Notes: a model not told the origin generated them from the letters alone. A DNA stretch of 64,000 bases from Anolis carolinensis (GCF_035594765.1 NC_085846.1:42457190-42521189), one strand, 5' to 3'; numbered from the stretch's first letter, positions 37,856 to 51,535 are shown. A program made the numbers and translations.

Positions 37856-38563
37856 TAGTTGATGATTTAAGATCAGGAGTGGCTTGAACGGAGCTGGGCA
37901 AGATTTCTTTGATTGTTTTAAATAAAGGATGAATTGCGAGAAAGAGTGCCATCAGTAGTTTAGAACTAGCTCTGCCCCAATATACCTTCCAAATATGTCT
38001 AGGAAGTGCTAATAATTAATTAAAGTGAGAACTAATAACTTCACTTTCTCAGAATAATTTTGTGGTCTTACTTTTATTTTAAAATAATCATATTTATTGA
38101 ATTTCCACAATTTCTACCATGTCACGGTACAGCAACAAATCACAATCTACAATCTTGCCTTATCCCATTCACTTTCCCTCCAATCCCCAAGTCAGAGATT
38201 TACACAACACCTCTCTGTCAATTATTTCACTAATACATTATCCTTTACTCTATTTTCCATTTTATTAATGTTAATCTTAACTTCCCCTAATTATTTTTTC
38301 AAAATTTAATTGAAGGTGGTTCTACACAGGAATGATCATGCAGGTTGAAGCTTGATATTGGAGAGAAGCAATTCATACAGAAAAGCTGGTTTGGGGGCCC
38401 TCAAGCCAGCAAAAAGACTGCTGGGAATAAAAGAAAGCTTCATTGCATTCTTCAAGAGTTGGTTTTCTTGGTGATTTGGTTGGTTGAATATTGGTTGTTG
38501 CGGGATCCAGGAGTTGTCTGACTTTTTTCTTTGTGTTGTTCTGTTTCCCGCAATACATTCCGT

Positions 38564-39134
38564 TCAGATTAATATTTGTAAACGGCAAGGCTGGGGCACT
38601 ATCCTGGGAGGAGGGCAAGGTGATAAAGTTTTTGCTGGAGGAGGCCGTGAACCTGCTCGAGGCAGGTGAATAATTTTTTCTGGGCTACACTGCTCTTCCT
38701 TTGGAAGTAGCTTAGGCAGGAAAGACTGCTGCCTTGTGACTTCTGCCTCCTCAACATTTGCCAGCTGGCGCACAAACCCAGGCCGGACATCCTTATTGAT
38801 GGAGTGGTGCTCTTCTTTGTGCTCTTCTTTGGAGAGCTTCCCGAGGCCGTGGGGCTGCCTTGGTAGGAGAGGGGGCTCCTTCCGTTTCTGTCTCTGGATC
38901 TTCTTTTCCTCCTGCTGCTGTTTCATCTTTGCCCTCAGAATTTCGGCTTGGGCAGCTTTCTGTGGCTCCAGTTCCCACAAGGGCTGCCTCTGCCTGCTCA
39001 GGCGCTGCTGCTGCTGTTGAATAGGTGGCACCGGCCAAGTAATGGGGGGCTTCCTCGGAGTCAAGGGCCCTTAAATAAATGACCCTGATCCGAGGAAACA
39101 GCCGGCCAATATTGAGCATGTCAAATGCCTCTAT
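38564..39134 (-). pseudogene. Unrecognised ORF family, copy A (one-base frameshift in a C run)
   Basis: ORFs 38793-39188 and 38564-39064 join if one G of 39044-39049 is removed; homologous to 54784-55320 and 61771-62332. Confidence 0.55.
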
Positions 39135-41879
39135 GGCGGTTCCAGGAAAAGCAAACCTAAAAACAAAAATAAAACAAAAAACAATCAAACAATAAATAAT
39201 TTTTTAAAAAGTCTAAACAAAATAGAAAAGAATACAAACCAATAAATAAAAGTAATAAAATAAAATAAATGTAAACAACATTTCAGAAACAAAGCGAAAT
39301 AATGAATATTCAAAACTCTAACAAATACTAGAAATAAATTTACTTCCAAACACCAACTTAATAATAGGAATAAGAATAAATAACAAACACTTCCAAGAAA
39401 TGAAACAGCTTCCTTTTAAGACAGAATGCTGCATGCACAACAATATTTTCCATGTGTGTGCCGTTTCTTTTGGGGAGGTGCTTCTGCCTCTTCACTTTGT
39501 GCTTCCTTGCCCCAACTTTGTGCTTCTAAAGTTGTTAAAGTTGTTAAAAACAATCAAACAATAAATAATTTTTTAAAAAGTCTAAACAAAATAGAAAAGA
39601 ATACAAACCAATAAATAAAAGTAATAAACTAAAATAAATCTAAACAATATTTCAGAAATAAAGCTAAATAATATACCCTCCAGCTTCTGCCACTTTTTCC
39701 TCAGGCAACAGTCAATCACTGATTCAACTTCGGCAATGATGTTTATTACTGGGATTGTGCTGGAGGTAACAGCAAAATTTTCTCCTAAAATAAAATAAAT
39801 GTAAACAATATTTCAGAAACAAAGCGCAATAATGAATATTCAAAACTCTAACAAAAGCAAACCAATCAACAAAAACTGGGCCCAAATACCAGGAAGCACA
39901 AGAGGAATCAAGGACAGAGGCAGAGGGCAGGGCGGGCAGGGCAGCGATCAGCAGGGCAGGAGGGCAGGAGGAGGCAAGAGGAAGCACTGAAAAGACTGAG
40001 AGGCAGCAACAGTCCAGTCACCTGGGGAGACATTGTGACATCAGAGGGAGGGAGGGGAGGGGGAGACATTGTGACATCAGGGGGAGGGAGGGGAGGAGGA
40101 GACATTGTGATGATGACGAATACACAAGCCCCCGCACTTACATTGCTCTGACATACAGCTGATTCCTGCCAGGAGTTCCACAGGCTCACAGGAACCCTGG
40201 ATTTCCCTTTTCAGAAGAACCTCAGTCACATAGATGCATTGTTTCCTCCCTTACAGGAGCAGAAAACCTCAGGCACTCTCTCTCCATTGAAGCTTCATTG
40301 ACCCTTGTTACATATTAACCCAGAGCAATAAATTATATCTGACCTGCTTTCACTTCCACTGCCTGCAAAAAGCAGCCCTTTGCAGGCAGCTTTAAAAAAC
40401 CAAAAACTGTCATAAAAACCCCTTCCAAGCCGCAGATCTCAGCCGGCTTGTCCGAAGCAGTCCAGGACCGCCTCGGGAGCAGGGAAACATAGTTCTTTCA
40501 ATCGCAGATATGGAAACTGCTCGGCCCCCGTATCCATGACTTAACTAATTCACTCCAGACCAATTTCATTCTACTCCGGAACCTTTTCTAAACTCGGCTG
40601 TCATCTTGTTTTCTGCTAGCTGCAAAAAGGAAAAAAGGAAAAGTATGGTATATATTGTACTTTAAAGTAAGTTATAGTTCTATATTTCCTCAAGTGATAT
40701 AATCACATATATTATGACTGTAATATCAATTTATATATTCCAACTGTACAGATAAGTACATATTTCAATGTCCAATTTTAACAAATATAATCTTGATAGT
40801 GTTCTCAAGGTTTGTAGTACTCTTCTTCAAATTCGATCATTCAAAGTAAATCAAAGTTCCATGTCAATAGTAACTCATTTAAAGTAAATCAAAGTTCCAT
40901 GTCAATAGCAACAAAGTTCCATGTCAGTAGTAACGACTGGTCTCCCGGGTATGCATCCAGTTTCGGTGACCTTCTTCAGGTAGACCTTCTTCAGGTAATC
41001 CTGGAGTTCCCTCTGTTTGCTGCTCTGCTGTCTTATTTCTTTTCATAGAATTAGAATCTTGTTTTCTGCTGCAGGAGAACCCGACTCACCTCCCCGCACA
41101 TGAATTGGTCCTTTTTATGAATGAGTGTGCCTTCTTATGAATGAGCATAGGCAAGGCGATCTAAACATATCTTTTCTATGTCTTTTAATGAATGTTTAAG
41201 TATCAGGGACCCCTCCCCCCACTCCTGCATGAACCCCATCCATTCCTTGCACCGACTCCTAGTCTTAGAGTGACCCCAACTAGCCCTCTTGCCTGCCTGG
41301 GCTAATGGAGAAATTCTGGGATTCCTTCTTTTTCCCTTATGGAAACGCAAAAGGAGATTGAAGCCCTTTTGATGCCCATAGGACTGACTGTGTTTGTATC
41401 CCCAGCCCAAGGGATGCTGGATCTTGTCCCAGGTTTAAGTTGCATTTTCCTCCAAAAATCTGGTCAAAAATCTGAGCGAGGGAAGGTGTCCCTGCATAGC
41501 AACATTAACTATTGTGCTGCCATGGGTCATCCCAACCCCTTCCCCCTCTGGAGACAGGGTATATATGAGGTGAGAAGGGCGGGACATAAATGTCAAAAAT
41601 AAATAAATAAATAAATAAATAACTTTCTGGAAATGTCTGTAATTTTCAAAGCAGTTAATTTTTAACCAATGAAAACCCACTGTGATAGAAATTTATCCAC
41701 ACTGCAAACATTTGTGGACCTTGGATGCCTGATCTGAAGTTCATCGTAATACTTAGAGTAGATTCTCTGCCTCTCAGAAAAGGAAGCTATTACCAACTGA
41801 CTTTGTGTCAGAATTCAAGGGGTTGGTGATGATATTAAGGCTCTCAACAGCATGAGCACCTCACTCCATATATATCGGC

Positions 41880-42380
41880 CTGAAAAGTGACCCCCACCTC
41901 TTGCCTCCATGTTGCTCTACAGGAGGCAATATGAAGTGTCCGAACGCATCTCCCTCTATGAACCACCGCGGAGATTAAGATCTTCCAGGGAGGCCTGCCA
42001 CCATCACAGGCGCGATTAGCGGGGACGAGAGACAGGGCCTTCTCAATGATTGCCTCTCGGCTATGGAACTCCCTCCCTGGCGAGATTAGATCAGCCCCCT
42101 CCCTCCTGTCCTTTAGAAAGATGGTAAAGACCTGGCTGTGGGATCAAGCCTTTGGGGCAATGCAAGAACAACAGCAATAGGAAATTTCACTCTGCTGACC
42201 AGATACAGTGCGGCTGAATTGCGATGGTTTTAAATAACGGTTTTAATGCGAAGATAACCGATTTTAGTGTTTATGTATATTTATGGTTTATTTTATGCAC
42301 CGGCATTGAATGTTTGCCGTATTTATGTTGCCCCTTCGGGGTGAGAAGGATGGAATATAAATGTTTTAAATAAATAAATA
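41880..42380 (+). mobile_element. L2 LINE 3' fragment (further pieces at 44565-44900 minus and 48945-49260 plus)
   Basis: Homology to 3375-3700 and L2-type tail. Confidence 0.7.
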
Positions 42381-42615
42381 TCAGAGGAATATGAAATCCC
42401 TTCCCTTGGAGGCCCAACATTGGGCTCTTTCCAATCCATAACATGGCTATCGATTTAAACCCAGGTCGGACCGGACTTTTCCTCTGTGTGGAACCGGCCC
42501 TAGATACAGCTGAATAAAACCCCACATTTCTGCTTTGTACTGGAATTATGGCAGTGTGGACTCAGAAAACCCAGTTCAAAGCAGATATTGTAATATTTTC
42601 TGCTTTGATAGTCTG

Positions 42616-43316
42616 AGGCCGCTTCCAGACAGCACTTTATCTCATGCCAAAAGAGGGTTTAAAAAACCTGCTTTGGCGCAGTTTAAAGTCCACACACCAC
42701 TAAAAAACCAAGCCTTTCCCAGTTAGGTGGATACATACCATCCCTGTAACTACCGGGATTATATTCAGCCACACACACCCAACACCCCCCCCCCCCCCCA
42801 AAGCCCTAAAAATGGTTAAGAACTTACCGGGCCACCATTAGGCCTTGCAGTACATTTCCTGGAATATACCAAGAAGCCGGGGGGTGGGGGGCGCAATTTG
42901 GCCTCCCCTTGCTTCCTCAGCATAATTGGCACACTCCAGGAAGTGTGCTGCTAGGCCTAATGGTGACCTGGTAAGTTCTTAATCATTTTAGGACTTTGGG
43001 GGGGGGGGGGCTTTTTGGTAAGAGGGTGGGAGCCATCTTGCATCTCTGGCCTCCAGAAGGTGCGAGATGGGTGTCTGGACAGGCCCCAGGATAGACCCAT
43101 GACTTCTCGTGGGCCTGTCTACACAGGGGCCGTAGCCCATCAGAACTGGGCCTTTCAGGAAGGTGCAGATCTAATGGGCTATCTAATTAATTTGGGATAA
43201 AGCAGGGTTTTCCTGCTTTGTGTCGAATTAATCCTCTTTTCCTGGAGGTTCCGTTTGGACTCCTCTAATAACGGTGCAAGAGGACCTGGGATATAGGCCC
43301 TGTCTGGATGGGCCCT
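42616..43316. mobile_element. Harbinger-like non-autonomous element with internal inverted repeat (42780-43015)
   Basis: aggccgcttccagacag / ctgtctggatgggccct ends; internal arms aagaacttacc.gg.caccattaggcc / ggcctaatggtgacctggtaagttctt. Confidence 0.6.
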
Positions 43317-43343
43317 GAGTTATATGGAATGCAATGCAATGTA

Positions 43344-43802
43344 CAGTAGAGTCACACTTATCCAACATAAATGGGCTGGCAGAACATTGAATAAGTGAAA
43401 ACATTGGATAATAAGGAGGGATTAAGGAAAAGCCCATTAAATGTCAAATTATGTTATGATTTTTACAAATTGTGCCCCAAAACACATCGACAGAAAAAGC
43501 AGTTCAATACACGGTAACGTTATGTAGTAATTACTATGCAGTATTTACGAATTTAGCACCAAAACATTGCAATATATTGAAAACATTGACTACAAAAACA
43601 TTGACTACTAAAAAAATTGACTACAAATAAAGATGGAATTGCATTAAATGAACTTGCAGTAACAACATTGTTGGAAGTTAAATCTGTACAAAGTTCAGTC
43701 CTTGCTGCTAGAGAAACAGCTGTGGATACGGGCCGGAGGCAGACTGTGTTGGATAATCCAGAACGTTGTATTAGCGAAGGTTGGTTAAGTGAGACTCTAC
43801 TG
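43344..43802. mobile_element. Tc1/mariner MITE, same family, longer variant
   Basis: TIRs and TA TSD. Confidence 0.85.
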
Positions 43803-45044
43803 TACATAATGACAGAGTGAAATGGGAAATGCTGTTTGCCCTTCTGTATTACACCTTACAACAACAATTATAAATGCTAATAATTTACTAAAACAAAAAC
43901 TCTTATTCGGAAGAGGCTTTTTTGTCTTTCCTTTTTTATATTTTTTTTACTCTTTTTCCTTGTGAACAATAATATTTGTATTGCATTTCTACAGTGTATA
44001 TAATATCCAAAAGCTATAGCCCAGTCACACCTTGTGGGTTGAATTGCATGTGCTCTCTCATTGGTTCAAATATGACAATGGCTATTTTGTGATTTCTAAT
44101 GGAATTCCTTCTGAGTAAAATAGGAGAAACTGGAGTGATTGTCTACAATGACCAGAAATCATGAATCAGGTCAGAAGTCACTCCTGTGCATCCACATGAC
44201 ACCCAGGGGCTTCTGGCCCTTAACATAGGATAAACCCATATTTGCCCTATGTTAGCAGAGGTCAGTGAATTTTTCCAGTGTTTTGCCAGAACTAAGAGTA
44301 GTCTATTCTAAAAAGAATGCCATTAAAAGATTTAAATATATATTATTTACAGGTGTGTGCCCCCACAGAAAAAACAACAACTGTATTAGATAAATAAATT
44401 GATAGAGAGATAAATGCTATTAGAATGTGTATTAGGTAGATTGTGTGATCCTCTTATTATGACATGGTATGTTAAGACCAGGGCTGAACTTTTTGTATTT
44501 TAGGCTGCAAACAAAAGAAGAAGAAAGAAAATCCCTTCACTAATGAGAATACTCTATCACTCTTCAGAGGCAGTCCCACGTAGAGCATGTTACAGTAAAC
44601 CAGACAGGATGTAACTAAGGATGTACCACTGTGGCCAGATCTGGCTTCTCAAGGAATGGGTGCAGTTGGCACAACAGTTTTAATTGTGCAAGGGCCCTCC
44701 TGGCCACCACAGATTTCTGGGCCTCCAAGTTCAGCGCTGAGTCCAGGAGGATCCCCAGACGGTGGACTTGTGTCTTCAGAGAGAGTGTAACCCCATCCAG
44801 CACAGGCTGAATCAATCTTCCGACTGATCAGGAGTACCTCTGTCTTTTCTGGGTTAAGTTTCCATTTTTTGCCTTCATCCTTTCCATTACTGATGGCATA
44901 CCATTACTGATGTGCAAAAAGCACAGATGTCTATTACATGCAATATACACAACAGGTATGGTATCTAATAGTAAGTCACAATGCTTATATTACACCAACC
45001 TTTATAAAACCCAATATAAAAGTAAACAAACAAATCTCAAAAAA

Positions 45045-45450
45045 TCGTATTGGATTTAAACTGGATTTGAACTTAAACAGTCTCTAATAGTAGTATCAAG
45101 TCCATCTATAGTGGGACAAGTTCCGTCGTAAGTTCTGGAACTGGATGGTCGATTACAAAGGTAAACAATCAAATCTCTAAACTCATATAGGATCTAAACC
45201 GGATTTAAACTTAAACATAAATAGTCTCTAATAATAGTATCCAGTCCTATGGCTGTCTTTTATAATGTCCCAAATTTGATTCAGTCTATATCGGAATAAG
45301 TTCCGTCGTAGGTTCTGGAGACTGGGTGGTCGATTACTCTCTAAACTCATATAGGATTTAAACTGGATTTAAACATAAACATAGTCTCTAATAGTAGTCT
45401 CTAGTCCTATGGACGTCTTTTATAATGTCCCAAATTCGATTCAGTCTATA
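45045..45450. repeat. Imperfect tandem repeat of about 140-165 bp, three copies
   Basis: Recurrent ggatttaaactggattt.aac...agtctctaatagtagt and aagttccgtcgta.gttctgg modules. Confidence 0.75.
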
Positions 45451-45941
45451 GCTATTCCATTATTTCATGCAGATTCAGCACAGAGAGAAGACCGAGCCAG
45501 TTTAAGATTCTACACAAGCTTTATACATCCCTGACATGCCCCTGGTGGCACCTTTATTTCTCCCTCTATGTGCTGGATTAGCACATCTCCACCCTGCTCT
45601 TTCTGATGTAAGCCACATTCATAACAATGCTCAATTAGACAACTTTAAATTCCTGGTGTCACTTCAGATGCTGAAGAACAGCACTAAGAATTCCAGCTAC
45701 ATATGCAGAGTAAAATAGAGTGGCCAAAACAAACAAACAAACAAATAAATAATATTGGCACATCGGGTAAGTGAAATATGCAGTCTTAGCCTCTCTTATC
45801 TCTACATACACATGAATACATATCTCTGGGATTTTATGTCAATATTTGTTTGTTTATGGAGGCATTGAATGTTTGCCATTGTATGCTGGAATCTTCCTTG
45901 AGTCCCCTTGGGGAAATAGGGCAGAATATAAAGTTATTATG

Positions 45942-45943
<2 letters not shown>

Positions 45944-45994
<51 letters not shown>
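45944..45994. repeat. (AAT)n microsatellite
   Basis: Seen directly. Confidence 0.95.
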
Positions 45995-45995
<1 letters not shown>

Positions 45996-46556
45996 TTATT
46001 TATTTCCAAAGCCTGACAGATACTAATCCCAACAATCATACATCCAGAACACATGTTAAACATCCCCACATAACTGACAGCAAATGGAATAATATATTTA
46101 TACAAATACCTAACCAAACAAAAAAGGGGGGGGGGGGGGATGAAGCATGGAGAGAACAGCTGGGTCCTCCAAGTAAGCCCCTTAATAACTATGTTGTTTT
46201 TTTGCAGAAATACACATACATAGGATTGCTTTCTATTCTGGTAGATCTCATTTTCCATGTAATACCTAGCATGTCATTTATAGTTGTCCTTCAAAACACT
46301 CAAAATGTCATTCCTTGAGAAACTGGAGCTGGAAATGTCTTGATAAAATATTTTCTTTATAAATATATTAACTTCCCATATCAATGAATAGCTCTGATCT
46401 TGTGGTGACAAATTGTTCTCCTTGATTGAGATTGTTCGGTTGAGATCCCTCCGGAGAGTTCATCAGTTTGTAACTCTCACCCAGGTGTTTCTGAGACTTT
46501 TCAGGAAGCATAAGACTCCTATGGGGAGAGACAATGATTTTTTCTATTCCCTGAAG

Positions 46557-46574
46557 ATTTGCATAGATTTCCAT
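46557..46574 (+). promoter_or_regulatory. Ig V promoter octamer module
   Basis: ATTTGCATagATTTCCAT; E-box CAGGTG about 75 nt upstream. Confidence 0.88.
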
Positions 46575-46684
46575 TTTTGACTCTTCATAAATCATCGCTG
46601 TGATTCTCTCCATGGTAAAGATAGAAACCATTTTAACACTTTCTGGGGAAAAGGAGAAATTGTTGAATTGACAGCATTAACATC

Positions 46685-47125
46685 ATGTTACAAATACATT
46701 TGATTTGGCTTGTCTTGAATATCTTTAAAGGTAGGTTTATGGGAATGCTGTTCCATCTCAGATTCCAAGTAAATATTAACAACTGACTGACATGCTTAAT
46801 TTCTCTCCTTCTAGAATCAAGTGGGGAAAATGTGATCACTTAGACCCCGGCCTCTTTACAGAAAAATCCTGGGGACAGAGTCGAAATTCAGTGCAAGACT
46901 TCCTCTTCAGTAACCAGTTCATACACTAACTTCATAAACTTCTATCAGATTCTACCAGGACAAAAACCCAAGCTACTGATTTATTATGCTACCAGGCGTT
47001 TTGAAGGGACCCCAGATCGCTTCAGTGGAAGAGGAAGTGGCACTGACTTCACCTTCACTATCGATGGTGTGCGTCCCGAGGACGAAGGGGAGTATTACTG
47101 TGGCCAAGTAAATAACAGTCCTCTA
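46685..47125 (+). pseudogene. Ig kappa-type V pseudogene: leader 46685-46730, V exon 46815-47125, in-frame TAG at 46841
   Basis: MLQIHLIWLVLNIFK|ESSGENVIT*TPASLQKNPGDRVEIQCKTSSSVTSSYTNFINFYQ...YYCGQVNNSPL. Confidence 0.9.
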
Positions 47126-47153
47126 CACAGTGATACACTTCAGTACAAAAACC
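47126..47153 (+). other. 12-RSS
   Basis: cacagtg atacacttcagt acaaaaacc. Confidence 0.95.
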
Positions 47154-50100
47154 TAGTGGACGATCTAGACTGCAGCAGTAGTTTTCAGTTGGGATGTGCA
47201 AGATTTCTTTGAATGTACATAGAGGCTAAAATAGGAATTGCTACTAGAAATTACACCTTTGAACAAATCCTAAGAAATAATAATAAATAACAAAAATGAG
47301 ATTTCTCTAATTCAGAAGAGTCTTTTTTCTTTCTATTTTTCCTTTTTAATATTAATAGTTTTTTTATTGAATTTTCACATCATATATAATATCAGAGAGC
47401 CAGAACCCACTCATACAATGTGGGCAAAGCTGTGCATGCTCTCTGATTGATTTATGTACAAAAATGGCTATTTTGTGATTTCTAATAGAATTCTTCTGAG
47501 TAGACTAGGTGAAGCCTAGTCTACTGGCTAGACACCATGAATCAGGACAGAAGTCACTTCTATACGTCCACATGACATCCAGGGACTTCTGACCCATAAC
47601 ACAGGAGAAACCTATTTGTAGCCCATGTTAGTAGAAGTAGTAGAAGCCAGAAAATGCTTCAGATTTCTGCCAGAACTGAGAGTAGTGTCTGCCCCCTTAG
47701 ATAAAACAACTAGTAGAAAAATAGATTTATGGAGAGATAAATGTTATTGGAATGTGCATTGTCTTTCTGCTGATTTCTGCAAAAGCACCCAGTGAAGGCC
47801 ATGACATCTCCATGACATCTCTGCAGCCAGCTGCCATGGTGACAAGTGACAATGCCTGGCAGGACAAAACTGGGTGTGGATCAACTGGGCAGCCAGGACT
47901 TTGACATACTGGTGCATTGGAAGAGAGCTGGGCAGTGTTGCTGCCCCAGAGTTGGTCTAAAGTATTACTTCTCCAGACAATTCTTGGATTTTGTGATTAG
48001 AGTAGATGGAACCTAGGGCAGCCCATTGTTTTCTCTTTCTAGCACTCTGTGTGTGCGTGTTGACATGTATTATGGCATTTTATGGCGCTCCAGCACAAAG
48101 AGAAGACAGGCAATTTAAGATTATAATCAAACACTTCTCCTTTGAAAGATAACACCCCTTATTTCGCTCTCTATGAGCTGCATTAACCAAACACATCTCG
48201 CTCTGCTGCCTTTGAAGAAGGATCTTGTTGTTTCCAAGACCCACATAAGCCACATTCATGATGTCGATCAAATGAATAGCTCTAAACACTTGATATCACC
48301 AGCTCAGGTTCTTGACAGGTTGAAGAATCATGTCCAGTACCAGACCATAGCACTAGATATCCCAGCTGCATATGCAGACTCAAAAAGAATAGCCAAAATA
48401 AATAAACAGACAGACAGATAATATTGCCACATCAGATGAATGAGATAGGTACTCTTGTATTTTCTATCTACACACACTGTTCTTGTTTTCTGTGAAGCTA
48501 AATCTCAACCAAGCAGCAATTTCTTTAAAGCCGAAGCATTTATATTTGAGGCTGAAAACTAAAGAACGAAAATTCATTAACTGATGAGATTAATGTATTC
48601 TTTAACCTAGTAAAATAAGTTAAATATGTGTTATTTCCAGATGTGTGTGACCTTAGGGAGAACAATTGTTCAAGAAATAGAATTATGGAGGCAATTCTAT
48701 TAGAACATATTTTAGGTGGATACTGTCTTAGCTCAGAGCAAATGGGAAACCCCATGTGTGACCAATGCCTGAAAACACTAGACTCAACCATACAGAATCC
48801 AAAGTCTATGCCAACTGTCCCCAGAATATGTGACAGTGAAATGTAGCATATTTGTGAACAAATAATGAAAAAGGGATATGAAGGAGAGAACTGCTGGGTC
48901 CCCTAAGTAAACTACTTACGTCAGCTCCACTGGCTGCAGATTAGCTATCGCACACAATTCAAAGTGCTGGCTTTAGTCTATAAAGCAGCTCAGCTTACTT
49001 GTCCAAACGTGTCTCCCGCTATGACCCATCACATAATTTAAGATCTTCAGGGGAGGCCCTGCTCTCGGTCCCGCCAGCCTCACAGGTGCAGCTGGCAGGG
49101 CCAAGAGACAGGGCCTTTTCAGTGGTGCCCCCCCCCCCCCCCCCCGTCTATGGAACACCCAAATGAAAACAGACAGGTTCCCTCTCTCCTGTCCTTCCGA
49201 AAAAGAGTGAAAACTTGGTTGTGGGACCAGGCCTTTGACCAATAATAGTAGCATTACTTAGAATTATATGATCCAAGATATAATGACAGAGCCAGTTTGG
49301 ACTTGGAATGTGCCTTGAATGTTTGTTTATTTATTTACTATATTTACACCTCGCTCTTCTGACCCCACAGGGGACTCAGAGCGGCTTACAGATTATGGCA
49401 AAATTCAATGCTGCATTATACATACAAATACTAAATGTAACATTTCAAATTATAAAACAGATGAAAAACATATAAATGCAATAAAACAGATTAAAAACAT
49501 AGTTTCCCAATCACGCTCCCCCCACAGGCCAAACATAAGTCTGCTAGTAAAAGTGGTCTTATGTGTTATTACCATGGGGTAAGGTGATATAAAGTGCTAG
49601 TGTAAAAGGCTACAGGATTAGGGTACAGGTGCCACAATTTTAAAACACGAGATCTTAAAATGCAGGAGGGCTGAGGTTTAGATTGTGAAGTAAAGTATTT
49701 GATATCAATACTCAATGTCCAGTTTAGAGTGGAATTCAACGACCAGGCCACAATGATTAAACCTATTTAAAACTTGAATGGACAATAATCAAAAGAACTC
49801 TGGGATGATATCTAAGGCCAAATGGAGAGTGCCTTCAGGAGCAGTCCAGCTGGCTTGGACCCAGAAGGGCCATGTGCTGGCCGCACTGAAGGCAGCGAAG
49901 GCAGCAGATGGGAGATGGAAAAGACCCCATGCTGCAGGCCAGTGGCCCTAGATGCAATGAGGCATGACCACTGGCCTTGTGATCTCCACGTGGATAAGAT
50001 CAGGGCTGAGCAAGGCAGCAAAGCTGGATGGCAAATGCTCAAGCCCCAGGGTCTCCCCTGCAGCAGGGCCCAACAGAGCTCTCCCAGGCCTCTAGGTCAG

Positions 50101-50310
50101 TCCTTTTATGTTCTCCTCTTGGAAGCTGCTGGGTCAGCTGGATGGAATGAGGGTGTGGCTGCAGGTCTCCTTATGGGTAAGCCCAGGGCTGAGCAAGGCA
50201 GCAAAGCTGGATGGCAAATACTCAGGCCCCAGGGTCTCTTCTTCAGCAGGGCCCAATATTTATGAATGTTTCAATGTAATTTAATTTAAACGGATTGAAA
50301 TGTGATTGTA

Positions 50311-50722
50311 CCCTGTTTCCCCGAAAATAAGACATCCCCGAAAAATAAGACGTAGTAGAAGTTTTGCTGAATTACTAAATATAAGGCCTCCCCCAAAAGT
50401 AAGACCTAGCAAAGGTTTTGTTTGGAAGCATGCCCGCCAAACAGAACACCAGAGCATGCAGGGTTGGTAAATGTACATACCAGCTGTACATGGAAATAAT
50501 GGTAGTAACAAGAAATTCTTGATAGGATTCAGAGTTTGTCTGGTTATGTTGGTTTGTAATGACAACTACTGTACAGTATATAATAAATGTTCATTTTTTG
50601 TTAAACAATAAATGTGAATTCTTCTTCATGGAAAAATAAGACATCCCCTGAAAATAAGACCTAGAGCATCTTTGGGAGCAAAAATTAATATAAGACACTG
50701 TCTTATTTTCGGGGAAACACGG
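50311..50722. mobile_element. Tc2/pogo-like MITE
   Basis: TIR ccctgtttccccgaaaataagac / gtcttattttcggggaaacacgg, TA TSD. Confidence 0.85.
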
Positions 50723-50739
50723 TAATTAGTTTATATATG

Positions 50740-50960
50740 TGGGCCGGGCTGTGGCGCAGGCTGTTGAGCAACCAACTGCAACAAATCACTCTGACCAAGA
50801 GGTCATGAGTTCGAGGCCAGCTCGGAGCCCCATGTTTGCCTTGTCTTTGTTCTATGTTAAGGCATTGAATGTTTGCCTTATATGTGTAATGTGATCTGGC
50901 CTGAGTCCCCTTCGGGGTGAGAAGGGCGGAATATAAATACTGGAAATAAAATAAATCAAT
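50740..50960 (+). mobile_element. tRNA-derived SINE with L2-type tail
   Basis: tggcgcagg A box, gttcgaggcc B box, gagtccccttcggggtgagaagggcgg tail. Confidence 0.75.
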
Positions 50961-51406
50961 AAATATTTGTAAGCCGCCCTGAGTCCCCTAATGGGTGAGA
51001 AAGGTGGGGTAGAAATGTTGTAATAAATAAATAAACAAATAACCAACTCTGTTTCCACAGACACAAACATAATTGCTTTCTCCTATGAGAGACCTAACTT
51101 TTCAATTTACTACCTAGTACATAATTTTATCTTTGTTCTTTAAGAGACACAAAAAATCATTCTGTGAAAAACTGAAGCTAACTAACTTGATAAAATATTA
51201 TATTTCTGAAAATATTAAATACTCATGTCATTGAATAGCTCTAATCTTGCGGTGATAAATTGTTCTTCTTGATTGAGATTGCTCTGGGGAGGTCCTTCCT
51301 GAGACTTGATCAGTTTGAAATCCTCACCAGGTGCTTCGGGGGCTTTTCAATGAGCATAAATATCATCTACACAGAGAAACAATGATTTTGTTTCTATCCC
51401 CTAAAG

Positions 51407-51424
51407 ATTTGCATAGATTTCCAT
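51407..51424 (+). promoter_or_regulatory. Ig V promoter octamer module
   Basis: ATTTGCATagATTTCCAT; E-box CAGGTG upstream. Confidence 0.88.
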
Positions 51425-51535
51425 ACTTGGCACTGCATAAATCCCCTCTTGGATCTTCATCACAGTAAAGATAGACACCGTTTTTATCATTATCTGAGAA
51501 AAAGAAGAAATTGTTGAATTGATAGCACTGGAATC

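Noticed and set aside
45045-45450. Repeat-spacer-like array
   Set aside because: Eukaryotic imperfect tandem duplication with repeated, not unique, intervening sequence; not CRISPR-like
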